Source of the DNA: Eledone cirrhosa
Taxonomy: Eukaryota
Direction: 5' to 3'
Assembly: GCA_964016885.1 (NCBI GenBank)
Contig: OZ024742.1
Span: 331,700,001-331,764,000 of the forward strand
DNA: 64,000 nucleotides
Shown in pieces: positions 40,901 to 53,400 of the stretch. The translations under genes were made by a program, and so were the position numbers. The stretch's first letter is position 1. Every line of letters starts with the position of its first letter. Under the pieces are notes generated by a model that saw only the letters and a list, made by a program, of their open reading frames with translations, was not told where the DNA came from and ran no database searches.

Positions 40901-43900
40901 TATTGAAGGTTAATTTTGGCAGAAGAGAGGATTTAGTGGCAGTTGGGGTGAACACTGGACACTGAATATTGAAGGTTATTTTTGGCAGAAGAGAGGATTT
41001 AGTGGCAGTTGGGGTGAACACTGAACACTGAATATTGAATATTGAAGGTTATTTTTGGCAGAAGAGAGGATTTAGTGGTAGTTGGGGAGAACATTGTACA
41101 CTGAATATTGAAGGTTAATTTTGGCAGAAGAGAGGATTTAGTGGCAGTTTGGGTGAACACTGAACACTGAACACTGAATATTGAAGGTTATTTTTGGCAG
41201 AAGAGAGGGTTTAGTGGCAGTTGGGGTGAACACTGAACACTGAATATTGAAGGTTATTTTTGGCAGAAGAGAGGCTTTAGTGGCAGTTGGGGTAAACACT
41301 GAACACTGAATATTGAATATTGAAGGTTATTTTTGGCAGAAGAGAGGATTTAGTGGCAGTTGGGGTGAACACTGGACACTGAATATTGAAGGTTATTTTT
41401 GGCAGAAGAGAGGAGTTAGTGGCAGTTTGGGTGAACACTGAACACTGAATATTGAATATTGAAGGTTATTTTTGCAGAAGAGAGGATTTAGTGGCAGTCG
41501 GGATGAACACTGAACACTGAACACTGAATATTGAAGTTTATTTTTGGCAGAAGAGAGGATTCAGTGGCAGTTGGGGTGAACACTGCACACTGAACACTGA
41601 ATATTGAAGGTTATTTTTGGCAGAAGAGAGGCTTTAGTGGCAGTTGGGGTGAACACTGAACACTGAATATTGAAGGTTATTTTTGGCAGAAGAGAGGATT
41701 TAGTGGCAGTTGGGGTGAACACTGAACACTGAATATTGAATATTGAAGGTTATTTTTGGCTGAAGAGAGGATTTAGTGGCAGTTGGGGTTAACACTGAAC
41801 ACTGAATATTGAAGGTTATTTTTGGCAGAAGAGAGGATTTAGTGGCAGTTTGGGTGAACACTGAACACTGAATATTGAATATTGAAGGTTATTTTTGGCA
41901 GAAGAGAGGATTTAGTGGCAGTTGGGGTGAACACTGAACACTGAATATTGAGGGTTATTTTTGGCAGAAGATAGGTTTTAGTGGCAGTTGGGGTGAACAC
42001 TGAACACTGAATATTGAAGGTTATTTTTGGCAGAAGAGAGGATATAGTGGCAGTTGGGGTGAACACTGAACACTGATCACTGAATATTGAAGGTTATTTT
42101 TGGCAGAAGAGAGGATTTAGTGGCAGTTGGGGTGAACACTGAACACTGAATATTGAATATTGAAGGTTATTTTTGGCAGAAGAGAGGATTTAGTGGCAGT
42201 TGGGGAGAACACTGAACACTGAATATTGAAGGTTAATTTTGGCAGAAGAGAGGATTTAGTGGCAGTTTGGGTGAACACTGAACACTGAACACTGAATATT
42301 GAATATTGAAGGTTAATTTTGGCAGAAGAGAGGATTTAGTGGCAGTTGGGGTGAACACTGGACACTGAATATTGAAGGTTATTTTTGGCAGAAGAGAGGA
42401 TTTAGTGGCAGTTGGGGTGAACACTGAACACTGAATATTGAAGGTTATTTTTGGCAGAAGAGAGGATTTAGTGGCAGTTGGGGTGAACACTGAACACTGA
42501 ATATTGAAGGTTATTTTTGGCAGAAGAGAGGATTTAGTGGCAGTTGGGGTGAAGACTGAACACTGAATATTGAATATTGAAGGTTATTTTTGGCAGAAGA
42601 GAGGATTTAGTGGCAGTTGGGGTGAACACTGGACACTGAATATTGAAGGTTATTTTTGGCAGAAGAGAGGATATAGTGACAGTTGGGGTGCACACTGAAC
42701 ACTGATCACTGAATATTGAAGGTTATTTTTGGCAGAAGAGAGGATTTAGTGGCAGTTGGGGTGAACACTGAACACTGAATATTGAATATTGAAGGTTATT
42801 TTTGGCAGAAGAGAGGATTTAGTGGCAGTTGGGGAGAACACTGAACACTGTCTATTGAATATTGAAGGTTATTTTTGGCAGAAGAGAGGATTTAGTGGCA
42901 GTTGGGGTGAACACTGAACACTGAATATTGAAGGTTATTTTTGGCAGAAGAGAGGATTTAGTGGCAGTTGGGGTGAACACTGAACACTGAATATTGAAGG
43001 TTAATTTTGGCAGAAGAGAGGATTTAGTGGCAGTTTGGGTGAACACTGAACACTGAACACTGAATATTGAAGGTTTTTTTGCAGAAGAGAGGGTTTAGTG
43101 GCAGTTGGGGTGAACACTGAACACTGAATATTGAATGTTATTTTTGGCAGAAGAGAGGATTTAGTGGCAGTTGGGGTGAACACTGAACACTGAATATTGA
43201 AGGTTATTTTTGGCAGAAGAGAGGATTTAGTGGCAGTTGGGGTGAACACTGAACACTGATCACTGAATATTGAAGGTTATTTTTGGCAGAAGAGAGGATT
43301 TAGTGGCAGTTGGGGTGAACACTGAACACTGAATATTGAAGGTTATTTTTGGCAGAAGAGAGGATTTAGTGGCAGTTGGGGTGAACACTGAACACTGTCT
43401 ATTGAATATTGAAGGTTATTTTTGGCAGAAGAGAGGATTTAGTGGCAGTTGGGGTGAACACTGGACACTGAATATTGAAGGTTATTTTTGGCAGAAGAGA
43501 GGATTTAGTGGCAGTTTTGGTGAACACTGAACACTGAACACTGAATATTGAAGGTTATTTTTGCAGAAGAGAGGATTTAGTGGCAGATGGGGTGAACGCT
43601 GAACACTGAATATTGAATGTTATTTTTGCAGAAGAGAGGATTTAGTGGCAGTTGGGGTGAGCACTGAACACTGAATATTGAATATTGAAGGTTATTTTTG
43701 GCTGAAGAGAGGATTTAGTGGCAGTTGGGGTTAACAGTGAACACTGAATATTGAAGGTTATTTTTGGCAGAAGAGAGGATTTAGTGGCAGTTTGGGTGAA
43801 CACTGAACACTGAATATTGAATATTGAAGGTTATTTTTGGCAGAAGAGAGGATTTAGTGGCAGTTGGGGTGAACACTGAACACTGAATATTGAAGGTTAT

Positions 43901-46900
43901 TTTTGGCAGAAGATAGGATTTAGTGGCAGTTGGGGTGAACACTGAACACTGAATATTGAAGGTTAATTTTGGCAGAAGAGAGGATATAGTGGCAGTTGGG
44001 GTGAACACTGAACACTGATCACTGAATATTGAAGGTTATCTTTGGCAGAAGAGAGGATTTAGTGGCAGTTGGGGTGAACACTGAACACTGAATATTGAAT
44101 ATTGAAGGTTATTTTTGGCAGAAGAGAGGATTTAGTGGCAGTTGGGGAGAACACTGAACACTGAATATTGAAGGTTAATTTTGGCAGAAGAGAGGATTTA
44201 GTGGCAGTTTGGTTGGGTGAACACTGAACACTGAACACTGAATATTGAAGGTTCTTTTTGCAGAAGAGAGGGTTTAGTGGCAGTTGGGGTGAACACTGAA
44301 CACTGAATATTGAAGGTTATTTTTGGCAGAAGAGAGGATTTAGTGGCAGTTGCGGTGAACACTGAACACTGAATATTGAAGGTTATTTTTGGCAGAAGAG
44401 AGGATTTAGTGGCAGTTGGGGTGAACACTCAACACTGAATATTGAAGGTTATTTTTGGCAGAAGAGAGGATTTAGTGGCAGTTGGGGTGAACACTGAACA
44501 CTGAATATTGAATATTGAAGGTTAATTTTGGCAGAAGAGAGGATTTAGTGGCAGTTGGGGTGAACACTGGACACTGAATATTGAAGGTTATTTTTGGCAG
44601 AAGAGAGGATTTAGTGGCAGTTGGGGTGAACACTGAACACTGAATATTGAATATTGAAGGTTATTTTTGGCAGAAGAGAGGATTTAGTGGCAGTTGGGGA
44701 GAACACTGTACACTGAATATTGAAGGTTAATTTGGGCAGAAGAGAGGATTTAGTGGCAGTTTGGGTGAACACTGAACACTGAACACTGAACACTGAATAT
44801 TGAAGGTTATTTTTGGCAGAAGAGAGGGTTTAGTGGCAGTTGGGGTGAACACTGAACACTGAATATTGAAGGTTATTTTTGGCAGAAGAGAGGATTTAGT
44901 GGCAGTTGGGGTGAACACTGAACACTGAATATTGAAGGTTATTTTTGGCAGAAGAGAGGATTTAGTGGCAGTTGGGGTGAACACTGAACACTGATCACTG
45001 AATATTGAAGGTTATTTTTGGCAGAAGAGAGGATTTAGTGGCAGTTGGGGTGAACACTGAACACTGAATATTGAAGGTTATTTTTGGCAGAAGAGAGGAT
45101 TTAGTGGCAGTTGGGGTAAACACTGAACACTGAATATTGAATATTGAAGGTTATTTTTGGCAGAAGAGAGGATTTAGTGGCAGTTGGGGTGAACACTGGA
45201 CACTGAATATTGAAGGTTATTTTTGGCAGAAGAGAGGATTTAGTGGCAGTTTGGGTGAACACTGAACACTGAATATTGAATATTGAAGGTTATTTTTGCA
45301 GAAGAGAGGATTTAGTGGCAGTTGGGATGAACACTGAACACTGAACACTGAATATTGAAGTTTATTTTTGGCAGAAGAGAGGATTCAGTGGCAGTTGGGG
45401 TGAACACTGCACACTGAACACTGAATATTGAAGGTTATTTTTGGCAGAAGAGAGGCTTTAGTGGCAGTTGGGGTGAACACTGAACACTGAATATTGAAGG
45501 TTATTTTTGGCAGAAGAGAGGATTTAGTGGCAGTTTGGGTGAACACTGAACACTGAATATTGAATATTGAAGGTTATTTTTGGCAGAAGAGAGGATTTAG
45601 TGGCAGTTGGGGTGAACACTGAACACTGAATATTGAGGGTTATTTTTGGCAGAAGATAGGTTTTAGTGGCAGTTGGGGTGAACACTGAACACTGAATATT
45701 GAAGGTTATTTTTGGCAGAAGAGAGGATATAGTGGCAGTTGGGGTGAACACTGAACACTGATCACTGAATATTGAAGGTTATTTTTGGCAGAAGAGAGGA
45801 TTTAGTGGCAGTTGGGGTGAACACTGAACACTGAATATTGAATATTGAAGGTTATTTTTGGCAGAAGAGAGGATTTAGTGGCAGTTGGGGAGAACACTGA
45901 ACACTGAATATTGAAGGTTAATTTTGGCAGAAGAGAGGATTTAGTGGCAGTTTGGGTGAACACTGAACACTGAACACTGAATATTGAAGGTTCTTTTTGC
46001 AGAAGAGAGGGTTTAGTGGCAGTTGGGGTGAACACTGAACACTGAATATTGAAGGTTATTTTTGGCAGAAGAGAGGATTTAGTGGCAGTTGGGGTGAACA
46101 CTGAACACTGAATATTGAAGGTTATTTTTGGCAGAAGAGAGGATTTAGTGGCAGTTGGGGTGAACACTGAACACTGAATATTGAAGGTTATTTTTGGCAG
46201 AAGAGAGGATTTAGTGGCAGTTGGGGTGAACACTGAACACTGAATATTGAATATTGAAGGTTAATTTTGGCAGAAGAGAGGATTTAGTGGCAGTTGGGGT
46301 GAACACTGGACACTGAATATTGAAGGTTATTTTTGGCAGAAGAGAGGATTTAGTGGCAGTTGGGGTGAACACTGAACACTGAATATTGAAGGTTATTTTT
46401 GGCAGAAGAGAGGATTTAGTGGCAGTTGGGGTGAAGACTGAACACTGAATATTGAATATTGAAGGTTATTTTTGGCAGAAGAGAGGATTTAGTGGCAGTT
46501 GGGGTGAACACTGGACACTGAATATTGAAGGTTATTTTTGGCAGAAGAGAGGATATAGTGACAGTTGGGGTGCACACTGAACACTGATCACTGAATATTG
46601 AAGGTTATTTTTGGCAGAAGAGAGGATTTAGTGGCAGTTGGGGTGAACACTGAACACTGAATATTGAATATTGAAGGTTATTTTTGGCAGAAGAGAGGAT
46701 TTAGTGGCAGTTGGGGAGAACACTGAACACTGTCTATTGAATATTGAAGGTTATTTTTGGCAGAAGAGAGGATTTAGTGGCAGTTGGGGTGAACACTGAA
46801 CACTGAATATTGAAGGTTATTTTTGGCAGAAGAGAGGATTTAGTGGCAGTTGGGGTGAACACTGAACACTGAATATTGAAGGTTAATTTTGGCAGAAGAG

Positions 46901-49900
46901 AGGATTTAGTGGCAGTTTGGGTGAACACTGAACACTGAACACTGAATATTGAAGGTTTTTTTGCAGAAGAGAGGGTTTAGTGGCAGTTGGGGTGAACACT
47001 GAACACTGAATATTGAAGGTTATTTTTGGCAGAAGAGAGGATTTAGTGGCAGTTGGGGTGAACACTGAACACTGAATATTGAAGGTTATTTTTGGCAGAA
47101 GAGAGGATTTAGTGGCAGTTGGGGTGAACACTGAACACTGATCACTGAATATTGAAGGTTATTTTTGGCAGAAGAGAGGATTTAGTGGCAGTTGGGGTGA
47201 ACACTGAACACTGAATATTGAAGGTTATTTTTGGCAGAAGAGAGGATTTAGTGGCAGTTGGGGTGAACACTGAACACTGTCTATTGAATATTGAAGGTTA
47301 TTTTTGGCAGAAGAGAGGATTTAGTGGCAGTTGGGGTGAACACTGGACACTGAATATTGAAGGTTATTTTTGGCAGAAGAGAGGATTTAGTGGCAGTTTT
47401 GGTGAACACTGAACACTGAATATTGAATATTGAAGGTTATTTTTGCAGAAGAGAGGATTTAGTGGCAGTTGGGATGGACACTGAACACTGAACACTGAAT
47501 ATTGAAGTTTATTTTTGGCAGAAGAGAGGATTCAGTGGCAGTTGGGGTGAACACTGCACACTGAACACTGAATATTGAAGGTTATTTTTGGCAGAAGAGA
47601 GGATTTAGTGGCAGTTGGGGTGAACACTGAACACTGAATATTGAAGGTTATTTTTGGCAGAAGAGAGGATTTAGTGGCAGTTGGGGTGAACACTGAACAC
47701 TGAATATTGAGGGTTATTTTTGGCAGAAGATAGGTTTTAGTGGCAGTTGGGGTGAACACTGAACACTGAATATTGAAGGTTATTTTTGGCAGAAGAGAGG
47801 ATATAGTGGCAGTTGGGGTGAACACTGAACATTGATCACTGAATATTGAAGGTTATTTTTGGCAGAAGAGAGGATTTAGTGGCAGTTGGGGTGAACACTG
47901 AACACTGAATATTGAATATTGAAGGTTATTTTTGGCAGAAGAGAGGATTTAGTGGCAGTTGGGGAGAACACTGAACACTGAATATTGAAGGTTAATTTTG
48001 GCAGAAGAGAGGATTTAGTGGCAGTTTGGGTGAACACTGAACACTGAACACTGAATATTGAAGGTTCTTTTTGCAGAAGAGAGGGTTTAGTGGCAGTTGG
48101 GGTGAACACTGAACACTGAATATTGAAGGTTATTTTTGGCAGAAGAGAGGATTTAGTGGCAGTTGGGGTGAACACTGAACACTGAATATTGAAGGTTATT
48201 TTTGGCAGAAGAGAGGATTTAGTGGCAGTTGGGGTGAACACTGAACACTGAATATTGAAGGTTATTTTTGGCAGAAGAGAGGATTTAGTGGCAGTTGGGG
48301 TGAACACTGAACACTGAATATTGAATATTGAAGGTTAATTTTGGCAGAAGAGAGGATTTAGTGGCAGTTGGGGTGAACACTGGACACTGAATATTGAAGG
48401 TTATTTTTGGCAGAAGAGAGGATTTAGTGGCAGTTGGGGTGAACACTGAACACTGAATATTGAAGGTTATTTTTGGCAGAAGAGAGGATTTAGTGGCAGT
48501 TGGGGTGAACACTGAACACTGAATATTGAAGGTTATTTTTGGCAGAAGAGAGGATTTAGTGGCAGTTGGGGTGAAGACTGAACACTGAATATTGAATATT
48601 GAAGGTTATTTTTGGCAGAAGAGAGGATTTAGTTGCAGATAGGGTGAACACTGGACACTGAATATTGAAGGTTATTTTTGGCAGAAGAGAGGATATAGTG
48701 ACAGTTGGGGTGCACACTGAACACTGATCACTGAATATTGAAGGTTATTTTTGGCAGAAGAGAGGATTTAGTGGCAGTTGGGGTGAACACTGAACACTGA
48801 ATATTGAATATTGAAGGTTATTTTTGGCAGAAGAGAGGATTTAGTGGCAGTTGGGGAGAACACTGAACACTGTCTATTGAATATTGAAGGTTATTTTTGG
48901 CAGAAGAGAGGATTTAGTGGCAGTTGGGGTGAACACTGAACACTGAATATTGAAGGTTATTTTTGGCAGAAGAGAGGATTTAGTGGCAGTTGGGGTGAAC
49001 ACTGAACACTGAATATTGAAGGTTAATTTTGGCAGAAGAGAGGATTTAGTGGCAGTTTGGGTGAACACTGAACACTGAACACTGAATATTGAAGGTTTTT
49101 TTGCAGAAGAGAGGGTTTAGTGGCAGTTGGGGTGAACACTGAACACTGAATATTGAAGGTTATTTTTGGCAGAAGAGAGGATTTAGTGGCAGTTGGGGTG
49201 AACACTGAACACTGAATATTGAAGGTTATTTTTGGCAGAAGAGAGGATTTAGTGGCAGTTGGGGTGAACACTGAACACTGATCACTGAATATTGAAGGTT
49301 ATTTTTGGCAGAAGAGAGGATTTAGTGGCAGTTGGGGTGAACACTGAACACTGAATATTGATGGTTATTTTTGGCAGAAGAGAGGATTTAGTGGCAGTTG
49401 GGGTGAACACTGAACACTGTCTATTGAATATTGAAGGTTATTTTTGGCAGAAGAGAGGATTTAGTGGCAGTTGGGGTGAACCCTGGACACTGAATATTGA
49501 AGGTTATTTTTGGCAGAAGAGAGGATTTAGTGGCAGTTTTGGTGAACACTGAACACTGAATATTGAATATTGAAGGTTATTTTTGCAGAAGAGAGGATTT
49601 AGTGGCAGTTGGGATGGACACTGAACACTGAACACTGAATATTGAAGTTTATTTTTGGCAGAAGAGAGGATTCAGTGGCAGTTGGGGTGAACACTGCACA
49701 CTGAACACTGAATATTGAAGGTTATTTTTGGCAGAAGAGAGGATTTAGTGGCAGTTGGGGTGAACACTGAACACTGAATATTGAAGGTTATTTTTGGCAG
49801 AAGAGAGGATTTAGTGGCAGTTGGGGTGAACACTGAACACTGAATATTGAATATTGAAGGTTATTTTTGGCAGAAGAGAGGATTTAGTGGCAGTTGGGGT

Positions 49901-50449
49901 GAGCACTGGACACTGAATATTGAAGGTTATTTTTGGCAGAAGAGAGGATTTAGTGGCAGTTTGGGTGAACACTGAACACTGAATATTGAATATTGAAGGT
50001 TATTTTTGCAGAAGAGAGGATTTAGTGGCAGTTGGGATTAACACTGAACACTGAACACTGAATATCGAAGGTTATTTTTGCAGAAGAGAGGATTTAGTGG
50101 CAGATGGGGTGAACACTGAACACTGAATATTGAAGGTTATTTTTGCAGAAGAGAGGATTTAGTGGCAGTTGGGGTGAACACTGAACACTGAATATTGAAT
50201 ATTGAAGGTTATTTTTGGCTGAAGAGAGGATTTAGTGGCAGTTGGGGTTAACACTGAACACTGAATATTGAAGGTTATTTTTGGCAGAAGAGAGGATTTA
50301 GTGGCAGTTTGGGTGAACACTGAACACTGAATATTGAATATTGAAGGTTATTTTTGGCAGAAGAGAGGATTTAGTGGCAGTTGGGGTGGACACTTAACAC
50401 TGAATATTGAAGGTTATTTTTGGCAGAAGAGAGGATATAGTGGCAGTTG

Positions 50450-53400
50450 GGGTGAACACTGAACACTGAATATTGAATATTGAAGGTTATTTTTGGCAGA
50501 AGAGAGGATTTAGTGGCAGTTGGGGTGAACACTGAACACTGAATATTGAGGGTTATTTTTGGCAGAAGATAGGTTTTAGTGGCAGTTGGGGTGAACACTG
50601 ATCACTGAATATTGAAGGTTATTTTTGGCAGAAGAGAGGATTTAGTGGCAGTTGGGGTGAACACTGCACACTGAACACTGAATATTGAAGGTTATTTTTG
50701 GCAGAAGAGAGGCTTTAGTGGCAGTTGGGGTGAACACTGAACACTGAATATTGAAGGTTATTTTTGGCAGAAGAGAGGATTTAGTGGCAGTTGGGGTGAA
50801 CACTGAACACTGAAGATTGAATATTGAAGGTTATTTTTGGCTGAAGAGAGGATTTAGTGGCAGTTGGGGTTAACACTGAACACTGAATATTGAAGGTTAT
50901 TTTTGGCAGAAGAGAGGATTTAGTGGCAGTTTGGGTGAACACTGAACACTGAATATTGAATATTGAAGGTTATTTTTGGCAGAAGAGAGGATTTAGTGGC
51001 AGTTGGGGTAAACACTGAACACTGAATATTGAGGGTTATTTTTGGCAGAAGATAGGTTTTAGTGGCAGTTGGGGTGAACACTGAACACTGAATATTGAAG
51101 GTTATTTTTGGCAGAAGAGAGGATATAGTGGCAGTTGGGGTGAACACTGAACACTGATCACTGAATATTGAAGGTTATTTTTGGCAGAAGAGAGGATTTA
51201 GTGGCAGTTGGGGTGAACACTGAACACTGAATATTGAATATTGAAGGTTATTTTTGGCAGAAGAGAGGATTTAGTGGCAGTTGGGGAGAACACTGAACAC
51301 TGAATATTGAAGGTTAATTTTGGCAGAAGAGAGGATTTAGTGGCAGTTTGGGTGAACACTGAACACTGAACACTGAATATTGAAGGTTCTTTTTGCAGAA
51401 GAGAGTGTTTAGTGGCAGTTGGGGTGAACACTGAACACTGAATATTGAAGGTTATTTTTGGCAGAAGAGATGATTTAGTGGCAGTTGGGGTGAACACTGA
51501 ACACTGAATATTGAAGGTTATTTTTGGCAGAAGAGAGGATTTAGTGGCAGTTGGGGTGAACACTGAACACTGAATATTGAAGGTTATTTTTGGCAGAAGA
51601 GAGGATTTAGTGGCAGTTGGGGTGAACACTGAACACTGAATATTGAAGGTTATTTTTGGCAGAAGAGAGGATTTAGTGGCAGTTGGGGTGAACACTGAAC
51701 ACTGAATATTGAATATTGAAGGTTAATTTTGGCAGAAGAGAGGATTTAGTGGCAGTTGGGGTGAACATTGAACACTGAATATTGAAGGTTATTTTTGGCA
51801 GAAGAGAGGATTTAGTGGCAGTTGGGGTGAACACTGAACACTGAATATTGAATATTGAAGGTTAATTTTGGCAGAAGAGAGGATTTAGTGGCAGTTGGGG
51901 TGAACACTGAACACTGAATATTGAAGGTTATTTTTGGCAGAAGAGAGGATTTAGTGGCAGTTGGGGTGAACACTGAACACTGAATATTGAATATTGAAGG
52001 TTAATTTTGGCAGAAGAGAGGATTTAGTGGCAGTTGGGGTGAACACTGAACACTGAATATTGAAGGTTATTTTTGGCAGAAGAGAGGATTTAGTGGCAGT
52101 TGGGGTGAACACTGAACACTGAATATTGAATATTGAAGGTTAATTTTGGCAGAAGAGAGGATTTAGTGGCAGTTGGGGTGAACACTGAACACTGAATATT
52201 GAAGGTTATTTTTGGCAGAAGAGAGGATCTAGTGGCAGTTGGGGTGAACACTGAACACTGAATATTGAATATTGAAGGTTAATTTTGGCAGAAGAGAGGA
52301 TTTAGTGGCAGTTGGGGTGAACACTGAACACTGAATATTGAAGGTTATTTTTGGCAGAAGAGAGGATTTAGTGGCAGTTGGGGTGAAGACTGAACACTGA
52401 ATATTGAATATTGAAGGTTATTTTTGGCAGAAGAGAGGATTTAGTGGCAGTTGGGGTGAACACTGGACACTGAATATTGAAGGTTATTTTTGGCAGAAGA
52501 GAGGATATAGTGACAGTTGGGGTGCACACTGAACACTGATCACTGAATATTGAAGGTTATTTTTGGCAGAAGAGAGGATTTAGTGGCAGTTGGGGTGAAC
52601 ACTGAACACTGAATATTGAATATTGAAGGTTATTTTTGGCAGAAGAGAGGATTTAGTGGCAGTTGGGGAGAACACTGAACACTGTCTATTGAATATTGAA
52701 GGTTATTTTTGGCAGAAGAGAGGATTTAGTGGCAGTTGGGGTGAACACTGAACACTGAATATTGAAGGTTATTTTTGGCAGAAGAGAGGATTTAGTGGCA
52801 GTTGGGGTGAACACTGAACACTGAATATTGAAGGTTAATTTTGGCAGAAGAGAGGATTTAGTGGCAGTTTGGGGGAACACTGAACACTGAACACTGAATA
52901 TTGAAGGTTTTTTTGCAGAAGAGAGGGTTTAGTGGCAGTTGGGGTGAACACTGAACACTGAATATTGAAGGTTATTTTTGGCAGAAGAGAGGATTTAGTG
53001 GCAGTTGGGGTGAACACTGAACACTGAATATTGAAGGTTATTTTTGGCAGAAGAGAGGATTTAGTGGCAGTTGGGGTGAACACTGAACACTGATCACTGA
53101 ATATTGAAGGTTATTTTTGGCAGAAGAGAGGATTTAGTGGCAGTTGGGGTGAACACTGAACACTGAATATTGAAGGTTATTTTTGGCAGAAGAGAGGATT
53201 TAGTGGCAGTTGGGGTGAACACTGAACACTGTCTATTGAATATTGAAGGTTATTTTTGGCAGAAGAGAGGATTTAGTGGCAGTTGGGGTGAACACTGGAC
53301 ACTGAATATTGAAGGTTATTTTTGGCAGAAGAGAGGATTTAGTGGCAGTTTTGGTGAACACTGAACACTGAATATTGAATATTGAAGGTTATTTTTGCAG

